From a virus (Duplodnaviria > Caudoviricetes), in the IMG/VR virus record IMGVR_UViG_3300032030_000035, positions 37,610 to 101,609 of that record: DNA of 64,000 nt; one strand, given 5' to 3'. The position numbers were made by a program, and so were the translations under genes. The notes under the pieces are model-generated. The model did not search any database, was not told the origin of the DNA, and was given only the letters and a program-made list of their open reading frames with translations. Below, one piece after another: positions 40,609 to 50,336 of this stretch; position 1 is the stretch's first letter; the number at the start of each line of letters is the position of its first letter.

Positions 40609-40896
40609 ATGACAAAGTATTATGAAGCAGAAAGAGTAAATAAAATAACTGGAGAGGTAACAAAGAAAATTGTTTTTCCTCAAGACTATGATATGTTTTA
40701 TCGGGATGAAATGTCATTCCTTAATAATAATGACAACTTCACAACTGTTGTTTACATGATAACAAGTGAAGATGAAAAGATTCTTATAACAAGACTTAAC
40801 AAGTCTGTAAGACTTAATGCAGAACACAATACAGAAAATATAATATATGTAAAACTCACAACATCAATAGAAAGAAGAGCAATAAAAAATTGGTAA
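40609..40896 (+). CDS. Hypothetical early protein
   Basis: TTGACA/TATAAT promoter and GAAAGGTGG RBS before MTKYY. Confidence 0.7.
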   Translation: MTKYYEAERVNKITGEVTKKIVFPQDYDMFYRDEMSFLNNNDNFTTVVYMITSEDEKILITRLNKSVRLNAEHNTENIIYVKLTTSIERRAIKNW

Positions 40897-40966
40897 AAAG
40901 TATTGACAATTTAACTTGTAAATACTATAATGTATTTACAAGTTAAGGAAAGGAAAGGTAATAAAT

Positions 40967-41170
40967 ATGAATTACTTAACAATCAACAATTGGGAGTACA
41001 GTTTAAACAGTTTGGAGTATGGATGCTTAATCGAATACTTTAAAAACCATAAGTGTTCAGATATCATTTATCAGGCAGTAGAAAAATGGTTTGATGAAAA
41101 GGGTATTGATACACTTGAAACAGTAGTTGATGATAATGGAAATATTATCTATCAACAATCTGAAGAGTAA
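40967..41170 (+). CDS. Hypothetical early protein
   Basis: Own promoter and RBS. Confidence 0.7.
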   Translation: MNYLTINNWEYSLNSLEYGCLIEYFKNHKCSDIIYQAVEKWFDEKGIDTLETVVDDNGNIIYQQSEE

Positions 41171-41267
41171 AACAAAAAAAAATGAAACTTTTTTTAAAAA
41201 AGGTGTTGACAAAACAAAAGGTATATGGTAATATATAATTATCAAAGGAAAGGTAAGGTAAAAAGAT

Positions 41268-41387
41268 ATGAAAAGAGTTAGAGTAGAGTTCTGGTGTGAA
41301 GCAATAGAAATTGCAAAAAAGGCTATTGATGCAGTCATCTACGAAGATAGTTACATAGGTTACATAGTAGAGTATGTAGCCATCTAA
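41268..41387 (+). CDS. 39-aa hypothetical protein (not in track)
   Basis: MKRVRVEFWCEAIE...; promoter and AAGGTAAGG RBS. Confidence 0.6.
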   Translation: MKRVRVEFWCEAIEIAKKAIDAVIYEDSYIGYIVEYVAI

Positions 41388-41637
41388 TGCGGCAGGAGCG
41401 GTACGCGGAAACGTGTATCGCTCGGCGCGTTTGCACTTGGGACGCGCCGTTCTATCAGTAGTACCATATCCCACGAATTTTGTCAATAGTAAAAATGCAC
41501 AATAATATTTGTAAAATGCTCCTAAAATTTGTGCATATTACCCTATTGACAAAGATGGCGGCAAGGGGTATAATTAAAGGATGGGTATTATCGGCGGGCC
41601 GCTAGCCAGCGTGCGTTTCGACGCGGCCCGTCCTTCA

Positions 41638-41922
41638 GAACCCAGTGTTTATGCGGGTTTCCGGGCTTCGAAAAGCCTTATTCTATGCGGGTTTCGGGGC
41701 TCCCGAATTGAAACCCTTGTATTTACTGGGCTCGCGGGGCGTCTCGAAACCCGCGCCAGACAAGGGTTTTCAGAAACCCAGTAACCATGCGGCTTTGCGG
41801 GGTGCCCCGAAACGCAGTACTGGCGCGGGTTTTGGCGCGAGCCCTTTATTTATGCGGGTTTCAAAACCCACGCCCAGCAAGGGTTTGCGGGGTGGTCGAA
41901 AAACCTTATTTTATGCGGGTTT
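41638..41922. repeat. Nine AAACCC-N11-GGGTTT palindromic boxes
   Basis: Starts at 41638, 41672, 41711, 41747, 41774, 41810, 41839, 41864 and 41900; the spacer is always 11 bp. Confidence 0.9.
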
Positions 41923-41964
41923 TGAGCGAAAATATCATTTTTGATATATTTTTAAAAAAGGAAA

Positions 41965-42345
41965 AAGTGGCGAAAATATATCATAAATGATATATTGTAT
42001 CAAATATAAAAAATGATTAAGTGGCGAAAATATATCATAAATGATATATTGTATCAAATATAAAAAATGATTAAGTGGCGAAAATATATCATAAATGATA
42101 TATTTTAAAAAATGAAACCGTACGGAAATATATCATAAATGATATATTGTATCAAATATAATTTGGCGCAATTATATTGAATTAAATATAATTTGATACA
42201 ACTATATTGAATTAAATATAATTTGATACAATATAGTTTAACTCAATTATATTGAATAAAATATAATTTGTTATTTTTCACAAAAATTTTTTAAAAATTT
42301 CGTGAAAAGTGACGAAAATTAAAAAATATATCATAAATGATATAA
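41965..42345. repeat. AT-rich tandem and palindromic repeats
   Basis: 54-bp direct repeats at 41965/42019/42073; five ATATATCATAAATGATATA palindromes; 30-bp tandem TATTGAATTAAATATAATTTGATACAA. Confidence 0.9.
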
Positions 42346-42482
42346 CCGCACAAAAATAAAAAATTGCGTTTCTTCTATATATATTTTAAAAAAATTTTTT
42401 TGCATTTTAAAATTTTTTTTTATTCTTTTTTTGATATATTTTTATTTTTCAAAAACAAAAAAGTATTTTTTAACCCTTCTCA

Positions 42483-42587
42483 AAACCCAGGTAAATCAAG
42501 GGATCTGAGGCATCGACCGCTTGAAACCCTTGATCTGCTTGGGTTCCAAAGTTTTTTCGGCTTGAAACCCTTGTGGTTATTGGGTTT
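42483..42587. repeat. Three further AAACCC-N11-GGG(T/A)T(T/C) boxes
   Basis: Starts at 42483, 42524 and 42565. Confidence 0.85.
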
Positions 42588-42780
42588 GAAAATTTTTAAA
42601 AAAAAATTAAAAAAAGTTGTTGACAACCTCAAGGGTATCTGTTACTATAGAATCAAGCCGAGGGGGTAAGGCAAACAACCCCAAACAAAAAAAAATAAAA
42701 AACTACTTGACAAGTAAAATCAAAGTGATATAATCATAAGTGTCAAGTACAAAAACCAAAAGGAAGCGAGGTAAAAAGGT

Positions 42781-42969
42781 ATGGAAGAAAAAAATTTAGT
42801 AGTAGAAATTGAAGAGGTGGCATATGAGGTTATGAAATTACAGGAGCGTTGTCATGACCTTATGCACAAAGTTTATGAGTCTGATGACTCATACAGCGAC
42901 GAGACAGAAGCAAAACTCGTAGATATAGAGCGTCTTATGAATGCCCTTGCAATGCTCAAAAACCTTTAA
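42781..42969 (+). CDS. Small acidic helical protein
   Basis: Promoter TTGACA..TATAAT and GAGGT RBS. Confidence 0.7.
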   Translation: MEEKNLVVEIEEVAYEVMKLQERCHDLMHKVYESDDSYSDETEAKLVDIERLMNALAMLKNL

Positions 42970-43026
42970 GAACACACAAACGGGGGCTATAAGCCCCCAC
43001 CAACTAGGAAAAGGTAGGTAATTATT

Positions 43027-43278
43027 ATGAGAAACGAAGAGAAGATTATCCGCGATACAAGAAAAATGTGCGATGACGCCAGAGATTTAGCATCTGAGGT
43101 AAGCAGTTTAAGAATGTGCATTGAAGATATGCTTTGTGAGTATGGTATGCTGAAAAGAGAATATGCAGAGTTTTCCCCTAATGACTTTAATGAAGAAGTT
43201 GTTAGAGAAGAGGATCTCGCAATTTTACAAGACCTTGAAAACTTATATAACTTTATGGAAACATTAGAGAATGTCTAA
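43027..43278 (+). CDS. Small acidic helical protein
   Basis: RBS AAGGTAGG; 83 aa. Confidence 0.7.
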   Translation: MRNEEKIIRDTRKMCDDARDLASEVSSLRMCIEDMLCEYGMLKREYAEFSPNDFNEEVVREEDLAILQDLENLYNFMETLENV

Positions 43279-43338
43279 ACCACAACGCGAGGGGCGATAA
43301 GCCCCTTGCCCCAAACAAGAGAGGATAAAGGTGATAAT

Positions 43339-43587
43339 ATGATGAAATTAAGACTTACAAAGATGAAAGAAATGGCTTTTAACGATTTTAAAGAGTGGTT
43401 AGAGGAAGAAGGAGTTGAGTATCTTGCCACACCCGATAACGATATAATCCTTAACTTTGAAGATATGCGTATTGAGCAGATATACAATGACGAGGTACGC
43501 ATTTATCTGAATAAGGATAATGATTATAAAATCTTTGAACTTGCTATTGACTATGACTGCACAGAAATTAAGATTTTTTGGGCTTAG
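43339..43587 (+). CDS. Hypothetical protein (paralogue of 43634)
   Basis: AAGGTG RBS before MMKLRL; shares LE..GV.Y...DC..I.I with the next gene. Confidence 0.65.
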   Translation: MMKLRLTKMKEMAFNDFKEWLEEEGVEYLATPDNDIILNFEDMRIEQIYNDEVRIYLNKDNDYKIFELAIDYDCTEIKIFWA

Positions 43588-43633
43588 GGGATAACCCCTA
43601 AGCCACCAATAAAAATAAAAGGAGATTAAGATT

Positions 43634-43921
43634 ATGACAACAACAATTATTTTAACTTTTAATGAAAGATTTTATAACGGCGACGACACATTTGAAAATG
43701 AGGTATATACCTGGATTATTGAGACATTAGAGAAATGGGGTGTGAAATATGAAGTAGATAAAAATATAATAAAAATCGACGCTACTTCCAAAAAAATCTT
43801 TACTAATGCCGAGGGTGGTGTGGTTATATTCTTTTCGAATCGTCATTTTTATAAACATCTTGATTTCAACCCCAATGACTGTTGCGCAAAAATAGAAATC
43901 AAACATGGCAAGGATTTTTAA
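43634..43921 (+). CDS. Hypothetical protein (paralogue of 43339)
   Basis: AAGGAG RBS. Confidence 0.7.
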   Translation: MTTTIILTFNERFYNGDDTFENEVYTWIIETLEKWGVKYEVDKNIIKIDATSKKIFTNAEGGVVIFFSNRHFYKHLDFNPNDCCAKIEIKHGKDF

Positions 43922-44010
43922 TCCTTGTCATGCTAAACAGAGTATTTAAATGTAACGGCTTAGGGGATAATCCCTAAGCCACCAACTAAACGATAAAGGA
44001 GATAAAAATT

Positions 44011-44190
44011 ATGAGATTTTATATACAACTTAATGGACAGATTAAAAATGCACAAAAGATAACTAAACAGATAATGACTAACGCCGATACAGACCATAAT
44101 AAAAACGATTTAGAGCAAATATATGACTTATTAGAGGCGGCAAGGCAGATATCCGCAAAAACAATAAAGAATAAATTTACTACAAATTAA
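44011..44190 (+). CDS. 59-aa hypothetical protein (not in track)
   Basis: MRFYIQLNGQ...; AAGGAG RBS. Confidence 0.6.
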   Translation: MRFYIQLNGQIKNAQKITKQIMTNADTDHNKNDLEQIYDLLEAARQISAKTIKNKFTTN

Positions 44191-44204
44191 GAGGAGATAA
44201 AAAA

Positions 44205-44297
44205 ATGTTTTGTTATATAATCATTACAGTTATGGCAGTCGCTCCCGCGTATCTAATAGAAAAAAGTATAAAAACATTATATGAAAAAATAGCATAA
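44205..44297 (+). CDS. 30-aa hydrophobic peptide
   Basis: MFCYIIITVMAVAPAYLIEK...; GAGGAG RBS. Confidence 0.5.
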   Translation: MFCYIIITVMAVAPAYLIEKSIKTLYEKIA

Positions 44298-44873
44298 ATA
44301 AACTCATAAAAACAAGGTTAAAAAAAATAAACCTTGTTTTTATTTTTAGTTTTCTATAGTCTCGAATCCGTATAGCCCCAAATAACGATACTTCTAGCTT
44401 TTTTTAACAGAAAATTTAGCTTAACCGCATAGCAGTAAAATCCCGAAATTATAGCGATTAAAATACAATACAAAAGAAATAAAGTAATAATACCCCTAAA
44501 AAAGAAACTTACACCCCAAATAAGAATAGCAATTACAAATAAAATATATATGCCCCTAAATAATTAATATGTTAAAATATATAAATTATATACTTTAATA
44601 GCTTTTAAGTCATAAATAAAATATATATACCCCAAATAATTAACATATTAAAAATTTTGCCGGCGCGTTTCCACCCGCTCAATTTCAGAAACGCGGCGTA
44701 TTTCGCATTATACCACGCCCCGAATAAAATGTCAATAGTAAAATTATACAAAGAATATAGCAATTTTATCCCGAAATTTTGTGCATTTTTTCTATTGAAT
44801 TTTAGATACCCCTAATGTATAATGGTTTTACAAGGTAAGGAAAACATACATAGCGGAAAGGTAGGTATCAGAT

Positions 44874-44996
44874 ATGGAATATTTAATGAGCGAGGAACTT
44901 TGCGAGATGGTATTTTATGGAGAGCTGACCATTGACGAGGCTAATGACTTGGTAATAGCATTTACCCCCGAAACAAATAACAATAAGCAGGAGTAA
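44874..44996 (+). CDS. 40-aa acidic peptide
   Basis: MEYLMSEELCEM...; promoter and GAAAGGTAGG RBS. Confidence 0.6.
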   Translation: MEYLMSEELCEMVFYGELTIDEANDLVIAFTPETNNNKQE

Positions 44997-45291
44997 CACC
45001 TCCTGCTACCCCTTTGAATAGAGAATACCCCCAAATAATATATCATAATCTAATCTCCACTTCGAGGGGTGAGTTTTTATAACTCACCCCTCAAAAATTG
45101 CCGCGCCGTGATGGGTTGCCACGGCGCGAGTTTCGCATTATACCCACCCCTAAATAATTTGTCAATAGGCAATTTGCACAAAAAACTACACAAGCTGATC
45201 CCGATATTTGTATAACTTTTTTCTAAAAAGGTGTTGACTTTCTATATAGATATGTTATACTTATATTATCAAAGAAAGAGAGGTAACTAAT

Positions 45292-45522
45292 ATGAATAAT
45301 GAAAAGTTTTGGGATAATATCGGATATGTAATAATGGCACTTTTGCTTATAGGTCAAGTCACTGTTGGCTGGTTATTCATGGTAGGTCAGGGTGCATATT
45401 TACTCGGTAATATCATAAATGTTATCCGTGACTATAGGTTAAACAGACCTCGTGCAGATAAAGTAAAAAATATTTGCTTTACTGCAATAACAGTAGGACT
45501 TATAATTTTATATATTTTTTAA
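45292..45522 (+). CDS. Small membrane protein
   Basis: Three hydrophobic segments; promoter and RBS. Confidence 0.7.
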   Translation: MNNEKFWDNIGYVIMALLLIGQVTVGWLFMVGQGAYLLGNIINVIRDYRLNRPRADKVKNICFTAITVGLIILYIF

Positions 45523-45600
45523 AAAAGTCCTTGACAAATGAAAAAATTTTTATTATAATAAATATATAAGATAAACAAAAGAAAGGTTAGGTACAAAACT

Positions 45601-45816
45601 ATGAGACAGTTAATTTGGGTTAACGCAGACGGAACAGAATCAAAGACATACGTTAAGGGAGCGACTACTAAATTGGTAAATCTCCCCGAGGATAACGGCA
45701 AGTCAAAACTCCTTTTCAAACTTCTCCATCAGCACTACGCAGAGGTTGGCGCAAAGGTGGTTGAAGAACTCAAGAACGGCACTTACAAGGCAGAAAATTA
45801 CGCTTTATATATGTAG
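45601..45816 (+). CDS. Hypothetical protein
   Basis: Promoter and RBS. Confidence 0.7.
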   Translation: MRQLIWVNADGTESKTYVKGATTKLVNLPEDNGKSKLLFKLLHQHYAEVGAKVVEELKNGTYKAENYALYM

Positions 45817-46079
45817 GCGGCAAGGGGTTTAAAACCCCTGCCCGCAAAATAATCTTACCTCCTCCCTATACCTTAAGGCACCCTATTTGCAAGGGTGCCT
45901 TACTTTTTGGGCGTGTCGTCATGGGGCGCGACGACACGAAATTACCATTATACCATACCCTGAATATTTTGTCAATAATAAAAGTGTACAAAAATTCAGC
46001 CCTTTCACTCCCGATATTTGTGCAACTTTTTTACATTTACCTATTGACTTATTCTGTAGTTATGGTATACTTGTATTAT

Positions 46080-46362
46080 CAAAGAGATGAGGAATAAGGA
46101 CCGAGCCTACAGGGTGGGCGAGGATTGCGGCGACCAAGTCCTGGGGGTGTCACCGCACTCGCGAAACTAACAGAGATACCCATTAAATCGGTGGTGCCTA
46201 TCACGAGGCAGTTTCTCCTAAAAGATATCGTGACAGTGACCCTTAACTTTTCCACCACTAAGGCAATGGAAAATGACCTATGTTGTGCTAACGAGCAAGG
46301 TCGGGCAGAAAATTGCATACCGGTAGCAACGGGAGAGGGGGTTTTAATCCCTCTCCTTTTTC
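46080..46362 (+). ncRNA. Candidate structured ncRNA (~280 nt)
   Basis: Promoter TTGACT..TATACT, no RBS-led ORF, GC-rich with several stems, ends at terminator GGAGAGGG/CCCTCTCC-T-run. Confidence 0.5.
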
Positions 46363-46593
46363 TTTTGAGCGTCGCGTCAACTCAAGAGACGCGACGTATT
46401 TTCAATTATGTTACGTATAACATATTTTTGTCAATCAGTAATTTGCACAAAAATGCAACAGGAAAAATCCCGATATTTGTGCATATTTTTTTTAAAAAAT
46501 TTTTCTAAAAAGTGTTGACATACACCCTATAAAATGGTAGTATATATATGTAAGGAAGAGTTAACAACCAAAACGGAAAGGTAGGTAACAGTT

Positions 46594-46902
46594 ATGATAA
46601 ACATTAGAACACTTAGAAACATTAAAAACAACGGTGGCTTAACACTTAAAAATGGCAAGGCTATCACATATAAAACAGGATGGCAGGTTGCTACAGAGGG
46701 CGTACAGACAACCGATATCAACGAAGTCCGTGGACTTATTAAGAAATATAACGGTAACTGCGGACTGTGGCTTGAAAATGGTATATGGTATGTAGATAAA
46801 AGCCATAGGGTAAATACAAAAAAGGAAGCGCTCCGAATCGGCAGAGAGTGTAATCAGATATCTGTTCTAAAATGGTCTAATATGTCTCTTGCCTACTGCT
46901 AA
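46594..46902 (+). CDS. Hypothetical phage protein
   Basis: 102 aa; promoter and RBS; GGLT..GWQVA..GLW..YVD..EA..G..NQ motif pattern. Confidence 0.7.
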   Translation: MINIRTLRNIKNNGGLTLKNGKAITYKTGWQVATEGVQTTDINEVRGLIKKYNGNCGLWLENGIWYVDKSHRVNTKKEALRIGRECNQISVLKWSNMSLAYC

Positions 46903-47010
46903 AAAGTAGGCAAGAAAAAATAAAAAAAATTTTTAAAAAATGCTTGACAAAATAATCGGTATATGGTAATATATAATCATAAGGAAAACAAAGAAAGGTT
47001 GGTAAGAAAT

Positions 47011-47154
47011 ATGTTTATAGTTAAAGGTTTTAAAAATGGCGTTGTAGAATCAATTCACTGCTTTGGAATGTCCGAAGCATATAGAGCATATCATAAGTTG
47101 ATTAACTCAGGGTATACCGGGATCAAAATTTCTGACTCCAATATACTCGTTTAA
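47011..47154 (+). CDS. Hypothetical protein
   Basis: RBS before MFIVK. Confidence 0.6.
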   Translation: MFIVKGFKNGVVESIHCFGMSEAYRAYHKLINSGYTGIKISDSNILV

Positions 47155-47500
47155 CCTCCTACCTTACCTACGGGGCACCAAATTGGTGCCCTCTTTTGTT
47201 TTGGCCGGTCAGCGATGGGTCGCCGCTGACCGTATTTTTAATTATATCACCCTTTGCGATTTTTGTCAATAGGAAAATTGCACAAAATTTTTAACAATTC
47301 CGTCCTAAAATTCTACATATTTTTTCTTGCTGATCTTGGTATAGTTTTGTCAATAGTAAAAATGTACAAAAATTTACAGTAAAAAACTTTATCTTTGTAC
47401 AATTTTCTTTAAATTTCCCCTTGAAATCCATATTTGCTTTTGTTATAATGTATTTACAAGGTAAGGAAAACAATTTAGTTATGAAAGGTAGGTGCTTATT

Positions 47501-47650
47501 ATGTGGTATGTTATGGTTGATTATGGTTGTGGTGATGTTAGATGCGTCGGCGAGTACGACTCTTGCAATGACGCTCTTGAGCGTTCCGAAATGTTCGAGG
47601 ACGCCTGGGTTTGCTCCGATGAGGATGACGAGCCCGGTAGCAGAGAGTAA
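47501..47650 (+). CDS. 49-aa acidic Cys-containing peptide (not in track)
   Basis: MWYVMVDYGCGDVRC...; GAAAGGTAGG RBS; terminator follows. Confidence 0.65.
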   Translation: MWYVMVDYGCGDVRCVGEYDSCNDALERSEMFEDAWVCSDEDDEPGSRE

Positions 47651-47891
47651 AAAAGAAAGACTCCGAAAGGAGTCTTTTTTCTTTGGGCGTGGCGTCAACA
47701 AAAAAGACGCCACGTATTTAGCGTTATACCATGCTCCGAACATTTTGTCAATAGTAAATATGCACAAAAATAATCAGCGGAAGATCCTAAAATTTGTGCA
47801 TCTTTTTCGTTTCTACCTCTTGCAAACTTTTAAAATTTATGTTATTATATCTATACAAGGTAAGGAAAAACATTAAAGCGAGGTATTTAAT

Positions 47892-48116
47892 ATGGCATAC
47901 TACAGATTTAACAACATTATCATTTCAAGAAACGATTTAATTTCTATTGTCTGCACTGAAATTTTTGATAATGGCAGACGCGATGTACTCACAAAAGAGT
48001 TACAGAAAATTAAAACACCCGAGTTACTCAAGCGTAAAGTACAGGCTCGTGCGCACAGAATAGCATTAAAGCTCGGTCTTGATGTTGAGTATATAGGACA
48101 AGGAAGAGAGGTGTAA
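47892..48116 (+). CDS. Hypothetical protein
   Basis: Promoter and GAGGT RBS. Confidence 0.7.
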   Translation: MAYYRFNNIIISRNDLISIVCTEIFDNGRRDVLTKELQKIKTPELLKRKVQARAHRIALKLGLDVEYIGQGREV

Positions 48117-48118
48117 TT

Positions 48119-48271
48119 ATGGGAGATTTATTTTTAGCAATACAAGAGAAAGGGTATAATCCAGAGTTAGCGATATATACACCCGAACCGAACAACGATC
48201 GATATATCATAGTTGCTATCCGTGGTCGGTACGTCGGAAAATATGATACTTTTAAGAGAGAATGGGCTTGA
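48119..48271 (+). CDS. 50-aa hypothetical protein (not in track)
   Basis: MGDLFLAIQEKGY...; GAGGTG RBS; its stop overlaps the next TTGACA. Confidence 0.6.
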   Translation: MGDLFLAIQEKGYNPELAIYTPEPNNDRYIIVAIRGRYVGKYDTFKREWA

Positions 48272-48321
48272 CATTCTCTCTTGAATGTGGTAAGATATAA
48301 TCATCAAAAGAAAGGTAGGTA

Positions 48322-48516
48322 ATGATTATGAGAACACTTTGTTATGCACTTGATTGGGAAAATACGGGAGTTTGTCTTGCACTGACAGTGCTTGAAAGCC
48401 TTTTCCCTTGTTTCGTATCTTATAACGATATCGATGAAGATACATTCGAGGTATCTATCACATGTCGCCAGGAAGATGCGGCGGCTATCGAGAGAAAGTT
48501 GGCGGCTCATATGTAA
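48322..48516 (+). CDS. Hypothetical protein
   Basis: Promoter and RBS. Confidence 0.65.
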   Translation: MIMRTLCYALDWENTGVCLALTVLESLFPCFVSYNDIDEDTFEVSITCRQEDAAAIERKLAAHM

Positions 48517-48752
48517 GCCGCCATCTCTCCAAGGCTTTGAGCGTCGCGTAATCTACCCGCCACGCGACGTATTTTGCGATTATACCATATTCGGGAAAAT
48601 TTGTCAATAGGCAATTTATACAAAATTTTTAACATAATAATCCCGAAATTTGTGCATATTTTTTCTATAAAAATGTTGACATATTTTCTCTATGTGGTAT
48701 ACTAATAATGTAAGGAAGATAAACAACCAAATCGGAAAGGTAGGTAACAGCT

Positions 48753-49025
48753 ATGTTAATAATGTCAGATGTAGCAACAACAGAGAGAGAAACAAGAGAG
48801 GAAACTATTGAGGAAAGAGAGTATCAGGTTCACGATGCCGTAGATAGCATCGAGTACGACCTCATCGACTTAAAGGAAAATATAGAAATTCTCTTAGATA
48901 ATTTTGGCGACTATATGGAAGATATGACCGAAGAAGAGGAAGATAACTTCTGTGCAGATATCTACGAGAAGATCACATTCCTTGAAGAAATGCAGGAACT
49001 CCTCGCAAAAAGACCAATCAGATAG
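48753..49025 (+). CDS. Highly acidic small protein
   Basis: About one third Asp/Glu; promoter and RBS. Confidence 0.7.
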   Translation: MLIMSDVATTERETREETIEEREYQVHDAVDSIEYDLIDLKENIEILLDNFGDYMEDMTEEEEDNFCADIYEKITFLEEMQELLAKRPIR

Positions 49026-49091
49026 TTACAAAATAATAGAGGCGGTGGCAAGGCACACGGGCCGCCGCCAAGAAAGGTAGAGGTAAAAGAT

Positions 49092-49283
49092 ATGATGAAA
49101 AAATTTATAATAAGAGTCTATACAAATAATTTAGAGGTATATAGGTATAACATTTACGCTCTAAACTATACAAACGCAAAGCGAGAAGCACTTGCAAAAT
49201 ACTTGAATAACCACTCTGGAGCCTCCATTTTTATGATTATAGCTGACAGTGTTGATATTGTCGCAGAGGACTACCTCACTTAA
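49092..49283 (+). CDS. Hypothetical protein
   Basis: GAGGT RBS. Confidence 0.6.
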   Translation: MMKKFIIRVYTNNLEVYRYNIYALNYTNAKREALAKYLNNHSGASIFMIIADSVDIVAEDYLT

Positions 49284-49453
49284 AAGGTGTCGCCAATAGC
49301 TTTGGCGGCACGTGATTTGCTGACACGTGCCGCATTTTTTGTCAAGAGGTAAATTGCATAAAATTATAACTGAAAATTTGGTTATTATTACCTATTGATT
49401 ATTCCTAAAATATCATTTATAATGGTATTATCAAAGAAAGAGAGGTAAGTAAA

Positions 49454-49864
49454 ATGTTAAGAGTATTTAAAAGTTTTTATGAGATTATATGGTCAGATGG
49501 AGAAAAAGAAGAGTTATGCTATGATATTAACACTCGTGCTTTACCTATTTTAAGTGAAACAAATCTTGATAATGAAATGTGGAATCTTGAAAATTTTGCA
49601 AATGCTTATGACTTTTTCAATAAACATCCTTATTTTTATGGCTATTGTTCTATGCGTTCATTTTTTAATAAACCTATTATTTATATGCCGGAAGGAGTAT
49701 GTATAACAACAAAAAATTTCATACCTTTTAAGGTTATCAAATCTTATGAGGATGTAACTGATAAGGTATCTATTAAAGATTTAGCCAATGATTTATCGGC
49801 TGATGATTTCTGTAGATTCTTAAAAGATAGGCAGATAAATTTCAATTTAGAGTTGACAAGATAA
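49454..49864 (+). CDS. Hypothetical protein
   Basis: 136 aa; promoter and RBS. Confidence 0.7.
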   Translation: MLRVFKSFYEIIWSDGEKEELCYDINTRALPILSETNLDNEMWNLENFANAYDFFNKHPYFYGYCSMRSFFNKPIIYMPEGVCITTKNFIPFKVIKSYEDVTDKVSIKDLANDLSADDFCRFLKDRQINFNLELTR

Positions 49865-49912
49865 AAATTTTATTATATAATAATATTATCAAAAGAAAGA
49901 GAGGTAACAAAA

Positions 49913-50113
49913 ATGGATAATTTTGTATCAACAATGCTCGGAGCTATCGCAGAAGATATTAAGGTATCAAAAGAGGATATATGGGCAGATTTCAGCAACT
50001 TTAACAAGGCTATCGACGAGAAAATTGCGGAAGGCTATTCCGAAGAGGAAGCCATAAACATCGTTGCATCCTCATGGAACTTTGATTTTGTGGTTCCACA
50101 GGCAGAGGGATAA
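49913..50113 (+). CDS. Small acidic protein
   Basis: Promoter and RBS. Confidence 0.7.
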   Translation: MDNFVSTMLGAIAEDIKVSKEDIWADFSNFNKAIDEKIAEGYSEEEAINIVASSWNFDFVVPQAEG

Positions 50114-50336
50114 ACAAGTAAGCGACGCTCATTAAGTTGGGCGTCGCGTTAGCACTTGTAACGCGACGAATTTTCAATTATACCACACCTTGCAAAATTT
50201 GTCAATAGGCAAAATGCACAAAAATATAACTATGGTGATCCCGAAATTTGTGCAACTTTTTTTCTAAAACCCCTTGCAAAGTTTCAAAATCTATGGTATT
50301 ATATCTTTACAAGATAAGGAAAGCGAGGTATTAAAT

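Noticed and set aside
41581-42669. ORFs 41581, 41645, 41787 and 42364
   Set aside because: They are translations of repeat DNA with no RBS.
46079-46508. ORFs 46125(+) and 46079(-)
   Set aside because: No RBS; the plus ORF reads through a terminator and an element; composition is atypical.
47291-47876. ORFs 47421(+) and 47291(-)
   Set aside because: They cross promoter, terminator and element; the RBS supports 47501..47650 in another frame.
49041-49069. GC hairpin with 11-nt loop as a 25th element
   Set aside because: The stem lacks the CG-N4-GY register and there is no TCC box 71-73 bp downstream.
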